Shown here: positions 10,179 through 20,708 of the stretch, in pieces | Layout of the letters: every line of letters starts with the position of its first letter | Position numbering within the stretch: position 1 is the first letter of the stretch | Origin: an uncultured Bacteroides sp. | Lineage (GTDB): Bacteria > Bacteroidota > Bacteroidia > Bacteroidales > Bacteroidaceae | Length of the DNA: 64,000 nt | Assembly (NCBI RefSeq): GCF_947632445.1 | Contig: NZ_CANRPM010000011.1 | Coordinates: 1,593 to 65,592 of the forward strand | Reading direction: 5' to 3' | Program-made: the position numbers and the translations under genes | Notes under the pieces: generated by a model | What the model was told of the DNA's origin: nothing | Database searches by the model: none | What the model saw: only the letters and a program-made list of their open reading frames with translations

Positions 10179-11465
10179 TTATTGTTTGGTATTGATTTCG
10201 AGTACATATACGGAAGTCGGCTCGGAAACGATTGGTTTCTCACCGTCGCCCTGATGGGTTTCTTGTACGAAAACGTTGAGTTGTCGATTTTGTTTCCACA
10301 ATTCCGTATCGAGACTGGGTTCCCATGCGTCAACACTGAAGTCAGTAAGATCGGTCACTTGCCATTCTCCGTTTTTGAGATCAGGGGTATAGGCCATAGA
10401 TACCTTGCTTTCACGTTCAGCATCGCGGAAGAGAAAGAAAGCATGTCCTTTGTCTACAGCAATACGGGGGCGGGAAATGGGAATCATTTTGGTGCCTCCT
10501 CCTTTCAGCGAAAAAGCTTGTGTGCGATTCATGATGGAACGGTTGTGCCAGCCGGTGTCGTCATGCCAAACCAGACGATATTGGGGAATGGTACTGTCGG
10601 CATCACGCCAATAGGTGACAATGTAGGGATGGCCTTCCGTGTCGGCACTCATACTGGTTTGGTTGATAAGCTCACTGTTTTGAGGTATGCGGCAGGCATA
10701 TTCGGCATTGGCTTCGCGTATGGGCAGGCTATAGGTTTCGCCGTTTGATTTTTGCCATGTTTTCCCACCGTCTGATGAGCAGGCGTAGCACAAGTCATGG
10801 TTGGTTTCTACCATCCATGTTTCCCGCCATACCCACGAAAGATGGATGACGTCTTTGGCATCTACGTATAGTTGCCAGTAGGCATTGCGCTGTCCCTCGC
10901 CATCAATGAGAATGTCTTGGACACGCTGCCATTTCCGTTGCTTCAGATGATAGCGGTTCAGTACGAGGTTTCCTCTTCCAGATGCTCCTGAACGATAGAC
11001 AAAAAGCAGGTCTCCATTGGATAGGCGGTAAAATTCTGGATAGGTGACATCTGCTTCGTCTTTCCCCGTCATCGGTTCTTTTTCTCCTAAGACAAGGGAT
11101 TCGGGAGCGGTACTGCGGCAGTAGTTCAGCAGCTGTCCATGATGATCGAAGGCTACATGCAAGTAGCCTTCACCGTCTACCATTAGGCTGATGACATTGT
11201 GGGCATCGGTTATATTACCTTTGTATTGTGATCGCCGAAGTTCCCATTGTTCGGAACCCAATTTACGTTTGCCGATGACCATATAGCCATCGGCATCGTA
11301 ATAGGCCGTATATTGATTTTGCTTGAAGGTGACAAGCGAACTGTTGCGGAATACGGTTGTGTTGACTGAGGTGGAACTATAACCTTTTCCTATCTGAACT
11401 AAATGTTGAGCCGATGCAGACAGGCTGCTTATAAGGAATGTAAATAATAAGATGGCGTATTTCAT
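10179..11465 (-). CDS. BNR_4 beta-propeller, likely Rha-alpha-1,4-GlcA lyase/rhamnosidase (GH145/PL42-like)
   Basis: Signal peptide; SVNTTVFRNSSL, DAHNVISLMVDGEGYLHVAFDHH, YPEF, YRSGASGRG, RNAYWQ, NHDLCYA motifs. Confidence 0.7.
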   Translation of the reverse strand: MKYAILLFTFLISSLSASAQHLVQIGKGYSSTSVNTTVFRNSSLVTFKQNQYTAYYDADGYMVIGKRKLGSEQWELRRSQYKGNITDAHNVISLMVDGEGYLHVAFDHHGQLLNYCRSTAPESLVLGEKEPMTGKDEADVTYPEFYRLSNGDLLFVYRSGASGRGNLVLNRYHLKQRKWQRVQDILIDGEGQRNAYWQLYVDAKDVIHLSWVWRETWMVETNHDLCYACSSDGGKTWQKSNGETYSLPIREANAEYACRIPQNSELINQTSMSADTEGHPYIVTYWRDADSTIPQYRLVWHDDTGWHNRSIMNRTQAFSLKGGGTKMIPISRPRIAVDKGHAFFLFRDAERESKVSMAYTPDLKNGEWQVTDLTDFSVDAWEPSLDTELWKQNRQLNVFVQETHQGDGEKPIVSEPTSVYVLEINTKQ

Positions 11466-11603
11466 GATAAATTGTAGATTATTGTTTGTGCAATATTCGC
11501 AAAATTATTTAATACCCGCAACGTGTGAAGGAGTAATTTCGATCCCGACAGGTCAGATTGACGGATTTATATATCTGAATGATTAATTTTTCGATGCCTT
11601 TCT

Positions 11604-12695
11604 TTAGTAAATCAGTCGGAATTCTGCCCATACCGGCAGATGATCGCTGATGCCTCCTTCATATAGGGGGCCGATATAAGTACGGAAAGGCCGGACTCCG
11701 CCGAATTTTTTATCCGGGACTAATAGGAACGGCAGGCGGGCTACTTCAGCCTGTGCTTCACCGGTAGTAAGCGGAGCATCGGACTTTAGCAGATTGCCTG
11801 ATACAATGAGGTGGTCAAGCAATCCCCATTCTCCCTGATATTTGTAACTTCCATAGTTTTTCTCCTTTTGGGCCTTGCGGGCTAATAAATGGTATAACCG
11901 ATCGTTACGAGGCGTACTGTCGGGAACGGGAGCTTCTGCCTGCATGATTTTCTTGATGGACTGATTGGTGGGATAGTCATTGAAGTCTCCCATAATCAGC
12001 AGCTGCGGATATTGGCGAAGGCCGATGATACTGTCTGCTGTCTGTTTCAGCCGGTGGGCAGCCTTTAGCCGATAAGGTTCACTCTCTTTCGCGCCACCTG
12101 AACGGGATGGAAAGTGAGCAATCAGTATGTCTAAGGTGTCACCGTTCAATAACATTCCGCTTACGTGCAAAATATCGCGTGTAGGCCGGTCGAATGGCCG
12201 AGATTTGTCGATGGCGATGCTGTGGCTGGCTAACAATTTGAACAAGCCGCGTTGGTAGAGCAAGGCTACATCAATGCCCCGTTCGTCTTTAGAATGGGTC
12301 ATCACATAACGGTATCCGGCCTCACGTAATACGGAATAGCGTGTCAGGTCGTATAATACACGGTCATTCTCTACTTCGCAGAGGGCCACTAATGCTGGAG
12401 GGGTCCATCCGCCTACGGCAATAAGAGCACGGCCGATATCGTCCAGTTTTTTCTTGTATTTCGAATAGTTCCAATGACGGACAGACTCAGGCAGGAATTC
12501 GTAGTCGTTTTTTAGTGAGTCATGGTATGTGTCAAAAAGGTTTTCTACATTGTAACTGACAATGCGAAAAGTCAAAGTATCATTCGTTTGTGCTCTGCAT
12601 AACAGATGGTAACTTGAGAAAACAAAGACACAGAAAGAATAAAATGCGAAACGCGTTTTCGTATTCTTCCTGTGCCTTTGTAAAAAGAGTGTCAT
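11604..12695 (-). CDS. Endonuclease/exonuclease/phosphatase family protein
   Basis: SYNVENLFD, LCEVEN, GIDVALLY, HFPSR, MGDFND, SDHLPV. True start may lie a few codons downstream. Confidence 0.88.
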   Translation of the reverse strand: MTLFLQRHRKNTKTRFAFYSFCVFVFSSYHLLCRAQTNDTLTFRIVSYNVENLFDTYHDSLKNDYEFLPESVRHWNYSKYKKKLDDIGRALIAVGGWTPPALVALCEVENDRVLYDLTRYSVLREAGYRYVMTHSKDERGIDVALLYQRGLFKLLASHSIAIDKSRPFDRPTRDILHVSGMLLNGDTLDILIAHFPSRSGGAKESEPYRLKAAHRLKQTADSIIGLRQYPQLLIMGDFNDYPTNQSIKKIMQAEAPVPDSTPRNDRLYHLLARKAQKEKNYGSYKYQGEWGLLDHLIVSGNLLKSDAPLTTGEAQAEVARLPFLLVPDKKFGGVRPFRTYIGPLYEGGISDHLPVWAEFRLIY

Positions 12696-12706
12696 CTGTC
12701 CCGTAA

Positions 12707-14164
12707 TTATTTTGTAGGAATGTTCTTCAGAATATCCAACAGATGATCCCAGAATTTCTGAACCGTCGGTATCAGCATACGCTCATCCGGTGAATGCACT
12801 CCTTGCAGAGTAGGGCCAAACGAAATCATGTCGAGCGACGGGTATTTGTCGAGGAACAGGCCGCATTCCAATCCTGCATGAATGGCTTTTACCTTGGCAT
12901 CGACTCCAAACAGGCGTTTATAGGAGGCAGTGGCCACTTCTAATATTTCGGAATGTGGATTGGGTTTCCAGCCCGGATAACCGTCGCCATAAGTAACAGT
13001 TGCGCCAGCCATTTCGAATACGGTGCGTACCATGTTGGCAATGTCCTGTTTCGACGAGGCAGTGGAACTGCGCTGACTGGTCTCGATGCGGATAATATGG
13101 TTGGGTTTCATTTTGACGGAAGCCAGATTGGTAGATGTTTCTACCAAACCGGGAATATCCTGGCTCATGGCGAATACACCGTGAGGACAGGCGTAGAGCG
13201 CCTGTAAGAGTCGGCGTGCGGTGTCGCGGTCGATTGCTTTTGCATGGAAATGGGCTGACTCCATGATTAATTGCAGGTCAGGATCGACGACGCTGTATTC
13301 ACTTTGAACTTCAGCAGCAAATATATTCAGATCGGTTCGTAAATTATGCTTGTCCTTTTCAGGTATGGCAATGGTCGCATGCGCTTCTCGGGCTATGGCA
13401 TTGCGTAAATTGCCTCCATCAATGTTACATAAATACAGGTCGTACTTTTGAGAGGCGAGACTTAGGAAGCGGGTCAGAATTTTGTTGGCATTGCCTAACC
13501 CCAAGTGAATGTCTCCTCCTGAATGTCCGCCTTTCAAGCCTTTTACTTGGATTTTACAGCAAAAGTATTCGGCTGGAACATCTATTTCGTGGTAATTGAA
13601 TTCGGCAACGGAATCTACTCCTCCTGCACAGCCGATGAACAGTTCGCCTTCATCTTCCGAGTCGAGGTTCAGTAAGATTTCTCCTGTCATAAATCCCTCT
13701 TTCAGGGCGAATGCACCTGTCAAGCCTGTTTCTTCGTCTACAGTGAACAAGCATTCCAGTGGGCCGTGTTCAATCGTTTCGTTGGTCAGGATGGCTAACT
13801 CGGTAGCTACGCCGATGCCGTTGTCTGCACCCAGTGTTGTGCCTTTGGCCTTTAGCCATTCTCCGTTCACTTCGGTTTGGATGGGATCTGTCATGAAATC
13901 GTGCTTCACATCATTATTCTTTTCACAAACCATATCCACGTGCGATTGCAGGACTACGGTTTTACGGTTTTCCATGCCCGGTGTGGCCGGTTTTCTGATT
14001 AATACATTGCCGGCTTCGTCCGATAAAGTTTCCAAATGATGCTTTTGGCCGAAACTTTTCAGGTAGGCTATTATTTTTTCTTCATGTTTGGAAGGACGCG
14101 GTACTTGGCAGATTTCCTCAAAATAACGGAACACTTCTGCCGGTTTTAGATTTCTCTTTTCCAT
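12707..14164 (-). CDS. pepD: Aminoacyl-histidine dipeptidase (M20)
   Basis: LQSHVDMV, TTLGADNGIG, DEETG, LNLDSE, GGHSG, IHAGLECG, HSPDER. Confidence 0.95.
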   Translation of the reverse strand: MEKRNLKPAEVFRYFEEICQVPRPSKHEEKIIAYLKSFGQKHHLETLSDEAGNVLIRKPATPGMENRKTVVLQSHVDMVCEKNNDVKHDFMTDPIQTEVNGEWLKAKGTTLGADNGIGVATELAILTNETIEHGPLECLFTVDEETGLTGAFALKEGFMTGEILLNLDSEDEGELFIGCAGGVDSVAEFNYHEIDVPAEYFCCKIQVKGLKGGHSGGDIHLGLGNANKILTRFLSLASQKYDLYLCNIDGGNLRNAIAREAHATIAIPEKDKHNLRTDLNIFAAEVQSEYSVVDPDLQLIMESAHFHAKAIDRDTARRLLQALYACPHGVFAMSQDIPGLVETSTNLASVKMKPNHIIRIETSQRSSTASSKQDIANMVRTVFEMAGATVTYGDGYPGWKPNPHSEILEVATASYKRLFGVDAKVKAIHAGLECGLFLDKYPSLDMISFGPTLQGVHSPDERMLIPTVQKFWDHLLDILKNIPTK

Positions 14165-14327
14165 ATTTCTTTTGTTTTGGTTTTGCCTTGTGACAATTTG
14201 TTTTTCATTTCTCTTAAAGGCTGTTGCATGAACGATACATTGCTAAATATGGTTAAATAGTGAATGGTTTGGCCGCCCCATCTTCTTTTTTTAGAAGAAA
14301 AAGGGCGGCTTAGTCCTTGCAAAGCCC

Positions 14328-14335
14328 TATATTTG
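14328..14335 (+). promoter_or_regulatory. Sigma-A -7 element TATATTTG
   Basis: Exact TAnnTTTG upstream of the small ORF/ompH pair. Confidence 0.55.
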
Positions 14336-14349
14336 CATCCACAAAATTA

Positions 14350-14541
14350 ATGGAAATGCTCGAGACTGGGTTGATAACTTTGTTAATAGTTGCTATTTGT
14401 GTGCTTCTGTTGGGGGTAAAGGTCTTTTTTGTAAAAGGAGGACAGTTCCCTAACGGACATGTAAGCAGTAATGAGGCGCTTCGTAAGAAAGGTATCGGAT
14501 GTGTCCAGTCGCAAGACAGAGCGGCACGGAAAAAGCTCTGA
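14350..14541 (+). CDS. Small membrane-anchored hypothetical protein
   Basis: Hydrophobic LITLLIVAICVLLLGV then FPNGHVSSN..LRKKGIGCVQSQD; co-oriented upstream of ompH. Confidence 0.6.
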   Translation: MEMLETGLITLLIVAICVLLLGVKVFFVKGGQFPNGHVSSNEALRKKGIGCVQSQDRAARKKL

Positions 14542-14590
14542 GTGAAAGTATGAACTAATTAATTCTAAAAATATGATTGTATCCAAAATT

Positions 14591-15190
14591 ATGAAGAAAT
14601 TGATTTACTGCCTGAACGCCCTGGCTGCTTGGGCCATCGTTGTTTTGTTTTCCCAATGTGCCGGCAATACAAACAATCTATCGGCTGAAGCTCCTGCCCA
14701 AGCCGGCTTGTCAGGCATGAAGATTGCTTATGTAGAGATAGACACATTGTTGGCCAAATACAATTTCTGCATCGACCTGAATGAAGCAATGGTGAAGAAG
14801 AGCGAGAATGTACGTCTGACTCTCAACCAGAAAGCTGCTGACTTGGAAAAGCAGAAACAGGAATTCCAGACCAAATATCAGAATAATGCCTATCTTTCAC
14901 AGGAGAGAGCCCAGCAGGAATATAATCGCATTGCCAAGTTAGAGCAAGATTTGCAGGCTTTGAGCAATAAATTGCAGTCGGAACTGATGAGCGAGAATGA
15001 AAAGAATAGTTTGCAGCTGCGTGACTCTATCAATTCTTTTTTGAAGGAATATAACAAGGCGAAGGGTTACAGCATGATTATCAGCAATACCGGTTTTGAT
15101 AACCTGCTGTATGCGGACAGCATTTACAATATTACGCAGGAAATTCTGGAAGGGTTGAATGCACGTTATTCTTCGCCGGCCAAGAAATAA
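14591..15190 (+). CDS. ompH: OmpH/Skp family periplasmic chaperone
   Basis: KIAYVEIDTLL, long coiled coil, LLYADSIYNITQEILEGLN; lipoprotein-like signal. Confidence 0.88.
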   Translation: MKKLIYCLNALAAWAIVVLFSQCAGNTNNLSAEAPAQAGLSGMKIAYVEIDTLLAKYNFCIDLNEAMVKKSENVRLTLNQKAADLEKQKQEFQTKYQNNAYLSQERAQQEYNRIAKLEQDLQALSNKLQSELMSENEKNSLQLRDSINSFLKEYNKAKGYSMIISNTGFDNLLYADSIYNITQEILEGLNARYSSPAKK

Positions 15191-15219
15191 GGAAATTGGG
15201 CGATGTGTAAGCGGTAAGG

Positions 15220-15249
15220 AGGGCGGTTAAAAACTTGAGCCGCCCTTTT
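15220..15249 (+). terminator. Intrinsic terminator after ompH
   Basis: AGGGCGG ... CCGCCCT followed by TTT. Confidence 0.6.
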
Positions 15250-15310
15250 CCTAAAACACACTGAATGAGGAGCAGTTTTGTAGTCTTTTGTAATAAAAAC
15301 ATCTGTAATA

Positions 15311-16123
15311 ATGAAAAAAGAGTTCTTTTTGGCAGGTATGCTGCTGTGTTTTGTGGTGTTGTCCGTACAGGCGGCACGGGTGGATACGGTAATGGTCAGA
15401 AGCCGTTCCATGAACAAGGAAGTTCAAGTTGTTTATGTGGTGCCCGATAAGGTGGCGCAGGCATGTCCTGTAGTCTATTTGTTGCATGGTTACGGTGGAA
15501 ATGCCAAGACGTGGATCGGCATCAAACCGCAGCTACCTTCCATAGCCGACGAAAAAGGAATTATATTTGCTTGTCCTGACGGGAAGAACAGTTGGTATTG
15601 GGACAGTCCGGTAAACCCTTCATACCGTTATGAGACATTTGTATCTTCTGAATTAATCGCTTATACGGATAGTCATTACAAGACGATTGCCGCTCCCCGG
15701 GGACGTGCGATTACCGGACTGAGCATGGGAGGTCACGGTGCCTTGTGGAATGCTTTCCGTCATAAAGATGTGTTTGGAGCCGCCGGCAGTACGAGTGGAG
15801 GAGTGGATATTCGTCCTTTTCCGTTGAATTGGCAGATGAATAAACAGTTAGGAGAGTATGCCGCCAACAGGAACCGTTGGGATGAACATACGGTGATTAA
15901 TCAGATTGATAAAATCGGGAACGGAGATATAGCTATTATTGTCGACTGCGGCGAGAGTGATTTCTTTCTCGAGGTAAATAAAGAACTCCATCAACGTTTA
16001 TTGGGGCGAGGCATTGAGCACGATTTTATCACGAGGCCTGGAACGCACAATAATACTTATTGGAATAATTCCATCGACTACCAGATTTTGTTCTTCGAAA
16101 AGTTCTTCGGAAAACAGGAATAA
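15311..16123 (+). CDS. Secreted putative esterase (alpha/beta hydrolase)
   Basis: VVYLLHGYGG, nucleophile GLSMGG, DCGESD, PGTHN. Confidence 0.88.
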   Translation: MKKEFFLAGMLLCFVVLSVQAARVDTVMVRSRSMNKEVQVVYVVPDKVAQACPVVYLLHGYGGNAKTWIGIKPQLPSIADEKGIIFACPDGKNSWYWDSPVNPSYRYETFVSSELIAYTDSHYKTIAAPRGRAITGLSMGGHGALWNAFRHKDVFGAAGSTSGGVDIRPFPLNWQMNKQLGEYAANRNRWDEHTVINQIDKIGNGDIAIIVDCGESDFFLEVNKELHQRLLGRGIEHDFITRPGTHNNTYWNNSIDYQILFFEKFFGKQE

Positions 16124-16169
16124 AAACATCGGCTTAGATTGATTAGGAATATCGACTCTTATCGGGTAC

Positions 16170-16272
16170 GGAGTATCAATTCAACCCCTTTCAGAACACC
16201 TCTTGACGGGGGTCACGGACACCCGTTAAGAAAGGTATTGAATACCCTTTGAGAAAAGTATTCAATACCCTC
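16170..16272. repeat. Degenerate ~22-bp periodic array between convergent genes
   Basis: gggggtcacggacacccgttaa / gaaaggtattgaataccctttg / agaaaagtattcaataccctcg. Confidence 0.55.
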
Positions 16273-16284
16273 GGACATTGATGG

Positions 16285-18879
16285 TCAGTTTTTGAACAGA
16301 AGTCCGTCTTTGGCGGCATTTATATCCACGATGATGGGGCGGCTGCGGTCGACTTCCTGTGCCAGTAGCTTCTTCGAGAGATCGTTGAGCAGATAGTGCT
16401 GGATGGCACGCTTGATGGGGCGGGCACCGAACTCAGGGTCGAAGCCGGCTTTTGCCATGAAGCTGATGGCAGGGTCGGTCAGTTGCAGTGACACTCCGTT
16501 TCCTTCGAGCATGTGGCGGATGCCGTTGATTTGTAACGTTACAATCTGACGGATTTCGGACTCGGTCAGCGGCAGGAACATGATGGTTTCGTCAATACGG
16601 TTGAGGAACTCAGGCCGTATGGTCTTCTTCAGCATGTTCATCACTTCGCGCTTGGTTTCTTCCACAATCTGTTCTTTGTTGCGGTCGTCCAGTCTCTCCA
16701 TCTGGCTTTGGATGTAGGAGCTGCCCATGTTGGAGGTCATAATGATGATGGTGTTCTTGAAATTCACCGTCCGGCCCTTGTTATCGGTCAGACACCCGTC
16801 ATCGAGTACCTGTAACAGGATGTTGAACACATCGGGATGGGCCTTCTCGATTTCATCGAATAGAACCACGGAGTAGGGTTTCCGCCGGACAGCTTCGGTC
16901 AGCTGACCGCCTTCATCGTAGCCGACGTATCCGGGAGGCGCTCCGACCAGACGGGAGACGCTGTGCTTCTCCTGATACTCGCTCATGTCGATACGGGTCA
17001 TCATAGTCTCGTCGTCAAACAGAAATCCGGCCAAAGCCTTGGCCAGTTCGGTCTTTCCGACACCGGTCGTACCGAGGAAGAGGAAGGAGCCGATGGGTCG
17101 TTTGGGGTCTTGCAATCCGGCACGGCTGCGGCGTACAGCATCGGAGACGGCTTCGATGGCTTCGTCCTGACCGATGACGCTCTTGTGGAGTTCTTCTTCC
17201 AAATGGAGGAGTTTCTCTTTCTCGCTCTGCAACATCTTGCTGACAGGTATGCCAGTCCAGCGCGACACGACGTCGGCAATGTCTTCGGCATCGACTTCTT
17301 CCTTAATCATGGCGTTGTCGCTCTGCATTTGATGCAGCTTCTGCTGGGTCTCTTCGATTGCCCTATTCAGGGCCTGAAGCTTGCCGTAACGGATTTCGGC
17401 TACCTTGCCGTAGTCGCCTTCGCGTTCGGCCTTCTCGGCTTCGAACTTCAGGTTTTCAATTTCGACCTTGTTCTGCTGTATCCGGTTGACCAGTGCCTTT
17501 TCGCTCTGCCACTTGGCCTTGTAGGAGCTTTCCTGTTCCTTCAGTTCGGCCAGTTCCTTGCCGATTTGTTCCAGCTTGGTCTGGTCGTCCTCCCGCTTGA
17601 TGGCTTCGCGTTCGATTTCGAGCTGCTTGATTTTGCGTGAAATCTCATCCAGCTCTTCGGGCACGGAGTCGACTTCCATACGCAGCTTGGCGGCGGCTTC
17701 ATCCATCAGGTCGATGGCCTTGTCGGGAAGGAAACGGTCGGTGATGTACCGGTCGCTCAGCTCTACGGCGGCGATGATGGCATCGTCTTTGATGCGGACG
17801 TGGTGATGGTTTTCATAACGTTCCTTTAATCCACGCAGGATGGAGATGGTGCTCAGCGTATCCGGCTCGTTGACCATGACGGTTTGGAAACGACGTTCGA
17901 GGGCTTTGTCCTTTTCGAAGTACTTCTGGTATTCGTCGAGCGTCGTGGCACCGATGCTACGTACTTCGCCCCGCGCCAGTGCAGGTTTCAGGATGTTGGC
18001 TGCATCCATGGCTCCTTCACCCTTACCGGCACCTACCAGGGTATGGATTTCGTCGATGAAGAGGATGATGCTACTTTCGGACTGCTTCACTTCGTTGATG
18101 ACGGCCTTCAGACGTTCCTCGAATTCTCCTTTGTATTTGGCACCGGCTACCAAGGCACCCATGTCGAGCGAGTACAGTTGTTTGTTTTTCAAGTTCTCCG
18201 GAACATCGCCTCGAAGGATACGTTGTGCCAGTCCTTCTACAATGGCTGTCTTGCCGGTACCCGGTTCGCCAATCAGGATAGGGTTGTTCTTGGTACGACG
18301 GCTCAATATTTGCAGAACCCGTCGGATTTCTTCGTCACGGCCGATGACCGGGTCGAGCTTGCCGTTTCGGGCGGCATCTATCAGGTTGATGGCATACTTC
18401 TCCAGTGACTGGTAGGTGTCTTCGCTCGACTGTGAGGTGACCTTCGACCCCTGACGCAACTCACTAATGGCTGTCCGCAGTTCTTTCTCGTTCATACCGG
18501 CATCTTTCAGGATGCTCGATGCGGTGCTCTTGACGGTAAGCAGGGCCAGCAGGATAGGTTCCAGGGAAACGAACTCGTCGTTCAGTTCCTTGGAGTAGTC
18601 CATGGCTTTCTGCAACACTTCATTGGTTTCATGGCTCAAATAGGGTTCTCCGCCCGAAACCTTGGGCAGCGATTCGATTTGTTTGTCCAGAACCAGCTCT
18701 ATTTGCCGGGCATTCATACCCAGTTTCTGGAAGATGAAATTGGTGATGTTTTCGCCCACTTTCATAACTCCCTGCAACAGGTGCACCGGCTCGATGGCTT
18801 GCTGTCCTCGTTGTTGTACCAGATTTACAGCCATTTGTACGGCCTCCTGCGCTTTGATGGTAAAGTTGTTAAAATTCAT
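16285..18879 (-). CDS. clpB: ATP-dependent chaperone ClpB
   Basis: Two AAA modules ([14 protein letters not shown]; [17 protein letters not shown]), middle coiled coil, 864 aa. Confidence 0.97.
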   Translation of the reverse strand: MNFNNFTIKAQEAVQMAVNLVQQRGQQAIEPVHLLQGVMKVGENITNFIFQKLGMNARQIELVLDKQIESLPKVSGGEPYLSHETNEVLQKAMDYSKELNDEFVSLEPILLALLTVKSTASSILKDAGMNEKELRTAISELRQGSKVTSQSSEDTYQSLEKYAINLIDAARNGKLDPVIGRDEEIRRVLQILSRRTKNNPILIGEPGTGKTAIVEGLAQRILRGDVPENLKNKQLYSLDMGALVAGAKYKGEFEERLKAVINEVKQSESSIILFIDEIHTLVGAGKGEGAMDAANILKPALARGEVRSIGATTLDEYQKYFEKDKALERRFQTVMVNEPDTLSTISILRGLKERYENHHHVRIKDDAIIAAVELSDRYITDRFLPDKAIDLMDEAAAKLRMEVDSVPEELDEISRKIKQLEIEREAIKREDDQTKLEQIGKELAELKEQESSYKAKWQSEKALVNRIQQNKVEIENLKFEAEKAEREGDYGKVAEIRYGKLQALNRAIEETQQKLHQMQSDNAMIKEEVDAEDIADVVSRWTGIPVSKMLQSEKEKLLHLEEELHKSVIGQDEAIEAVSDAVRRSRAGLQDPKRPIGSFLFLGTTGVGKTELAKALAGFLFDDETMMTRIDMSEYQEKHSVSRLVGAPPGYVGYDEGGQLTEAVRRKPYSVVLFDEIEKAHPDVFNILLQVLDDGCLTDNKGRTVNFKNTIIIMTSNMGSSYIQSQMERLDDRNKEQIVEETKREVMNMLKKTIRPEFLNRIDETIMFLPLTESEIRQIVTLQINGIRHMLEGNGVSLQLTDPAISFMAKAGFDPEFGARPIKRAIQHYLLNDLSKKLLAQEVDRSRPIIVDINAAKDGLLFKN

Positions 18880-19199
18880 ATCATTTCTCCTTTCTTTAGT
18901 CTTGGTTAGGTTTTACGTCGATTGGCTTGCAAAACTCTTGCCATTCGTGTCGGGTGGACAAAATGGCTTATGGTTGTTGATTTTATCTGACAAAATGTAA
19001 TTCATACGGCCTTTATGTCTTGTTTCTTCTTTATTTGTGTTGCCTTATGCACGTGTAATACCTATTTGTTGTTCTCTTGTCGTCAAAATACCTAAATTAG
19101 GTGATTGTAGCATCCGCACCGATACGCTATCTTTGTAGCATCAGATTTGAATGAATTAGTTAGTCATAATTACGTAACCACTTTTATTAAGGTAAACAA

Positions 19200-19236
19200 A
19201 TTCCCGCTCTCCGATGCGATATCGTGGAGCGGGAAT
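19200..19236. terminator. Bidirectional terminator hairpin downstream of the LuxR gene
   Basis: ATTCCCGCTC ... GAGCGGGAAT with T-rich tails on both strands. Confidence 0.65.
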
Positions 19237-19261
19237 ATTCTTTTATGATGGATGGAAATCC

Positions 19262-19888
19262 TTAAAGTTTCTCTTTGATTTCGCTCAGCTCTACCAGCTT
19301 GTTGACGATGGCATAGATGGTGAGGCCGGCAGGCGAGTGAATTTGCAGCTTGCGGGCGATGTTGCGGCGGTGGGTAATGACGGTGTGGATGCTTAGGAAG
19401 AGCTTTTCGGCAATGGCCTTGTTTGTCATGCCCTTCACGACGCAGGTCACGATTTCCTTCTCGCGCTGGCTCAGCGTGTCCGATTCGCTGTCCTTTTCCT
19501 CCTCTTGTTCTTCGTCGCTGCGGAGTAGGCCGCTCAGTTTGGTGGTGATGATGTCGAGGTCGTCGCAGATGGAAAAGCGCTCGTCGTACTCCTCCAGTAC
19601 GTTTTTGTTCGTGACCGACGAGATGAGAGCAATATACTTCACACCCGCCAGGCGGGGATGTTCGGTCTTGAAAGCGGTCAGATTGAACCACCTGTCGAAC
19701 GAGGGGTTGATGATAATCATGTCCGGTTGGTGCAGGTGGGCGTAGTGATCCAGCGCCTCGATGGAGTTCACTTCGATGGGATGAATGTCGAGATTGGGGA
19801 TGCGTTTCAATGCGACTGATACTCCGCTTCGGATGATGACGGACGTTTCGGCCACGACTATTTTCAATGGCTGGCTATTGGTGCTCAT
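19262..19888 (-). CDS. LuxR/NarL-family regulator with degenerate receiver domain
   Basis: C-terminal LSQREKEIVTCVVKGMTNKAIAEKLFLSIHTVITHRRNIARKL. Confidence 0.92.
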   Translation of the reverse strand: MSTNSQPLKIVVAETSVIIRSGVSVALKRIPNLDIHPIEVNSIEALDHYAHLHQPDMIIINPSFDRWFNLTAFKTEHPRLAGVKYIALISSVTNKNVLEEYDERFSICDDLDIITTKLSGLLRSDEEQEEEKDSESDTLSQREKEIVTCVVKGMTNKAIAEKLFLSIHTVITHRRNIARKLQIHSPAGLTIYAIVNKLVELSEIKEKL

Positions 19889-20582
19889 CTTTCAGTCCCC
19901 TTTCCATCTGTGCCACAGCGGGCACAAACATGTAGTCTTCCACCTGACAGTGCGATGCCAGGTCCTGTTCGCAGTTGAAGATGTCGAACAGGACGGCGTT
20001 CAGCAGGTTATTGTTCCCCTTTTCGGGGTAATACTTGATGATGATGTTTTTCAATTCCGTCAGTTTGCGGTCTATCTGGTTGTGGTGACTGGCGAAGGTG
20101 GCAATGTTGTACGTCGGGGACAGGCATCCTCGCAACAGTCCATCCACGTAGGTGAAGACGGATTGGTTTTCGTACTCCATGTGGCGGCGTACTTCCTTGG
20201 CGTATTCGTCGAAGAACTTCAGGATGAGGAAGGCCACATCGTTGGTGCCAGAGCAGTCGATGGCCTCTATCAGTTTGCGTCGGATGGCGGGCAGATTGAA
20301 GTCGAGGAAGTACGTATGTGCCCGCTTCAGATAGTCCATCAGGGCGGTGAGCGAGAAGTCATCCTCCTCGCCGCTGTACGTGTAGGACTCGTGGCTGATG
20401 AAGTTGGCTACGGCTAAGAAGGTCTTATAGTCCACTCCCTGCGCCTGGCAGACGTCTTTTACCGACCCGTCGCCGAAGCCGAGCGACAAGCCGAAGCGGC
20501 TCATCACCATCAATAGAGAATAATTGTCGCAGATGAGGTCGCTCATCTTGTCCGTAATGCGGTATTTATGCGGTTCGTTCAT
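19875..20582 (-). CDS. Hemerythrin-like / RIC (ScdA/YtfE-like) domain protein
   Basis: ScdA_N-like MSDLICDNYSLLMVMSRFGLSLGFG..V..VC; His motifs AHTYF, HMEYE, HHNQI, HCQVED; overlaps LuxR start. Confidence 0.85.
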   Translation of the reverse strand: MNEPHKYRITDKMSDLICDNYSLLMVMSRFGLSLGFGDGSVKDVCQAQGVDYKTFLAVANFISHESYTYSGEEDDFSLTALMDYLKRAHTYFLDFNLPAIRRKLIEAIDCSGTNDVAFLILKFFDEYAKEVRRHMEYENQSVFTYVDGLLRGCLSPTYNIATFASHHNQIDRKLTELKNIIIKYYPEKGNNNLLNAVLFDIFNCEQDLASHCQVEDYMFVPAVAQMERGLKDEHQ

Positions 20583-20708
20583 AGGCGTAAATGCTTGTTC
20601 TGTTATAATGATTGTCTCCTGGCGGGCATTCGTTTTTTATTCGGCCGCAAATTAACGATTTTTTTGCGGACGGCGCAATCCCCATTTGTAGGTATTTCGC
20701 GGTTGTAA

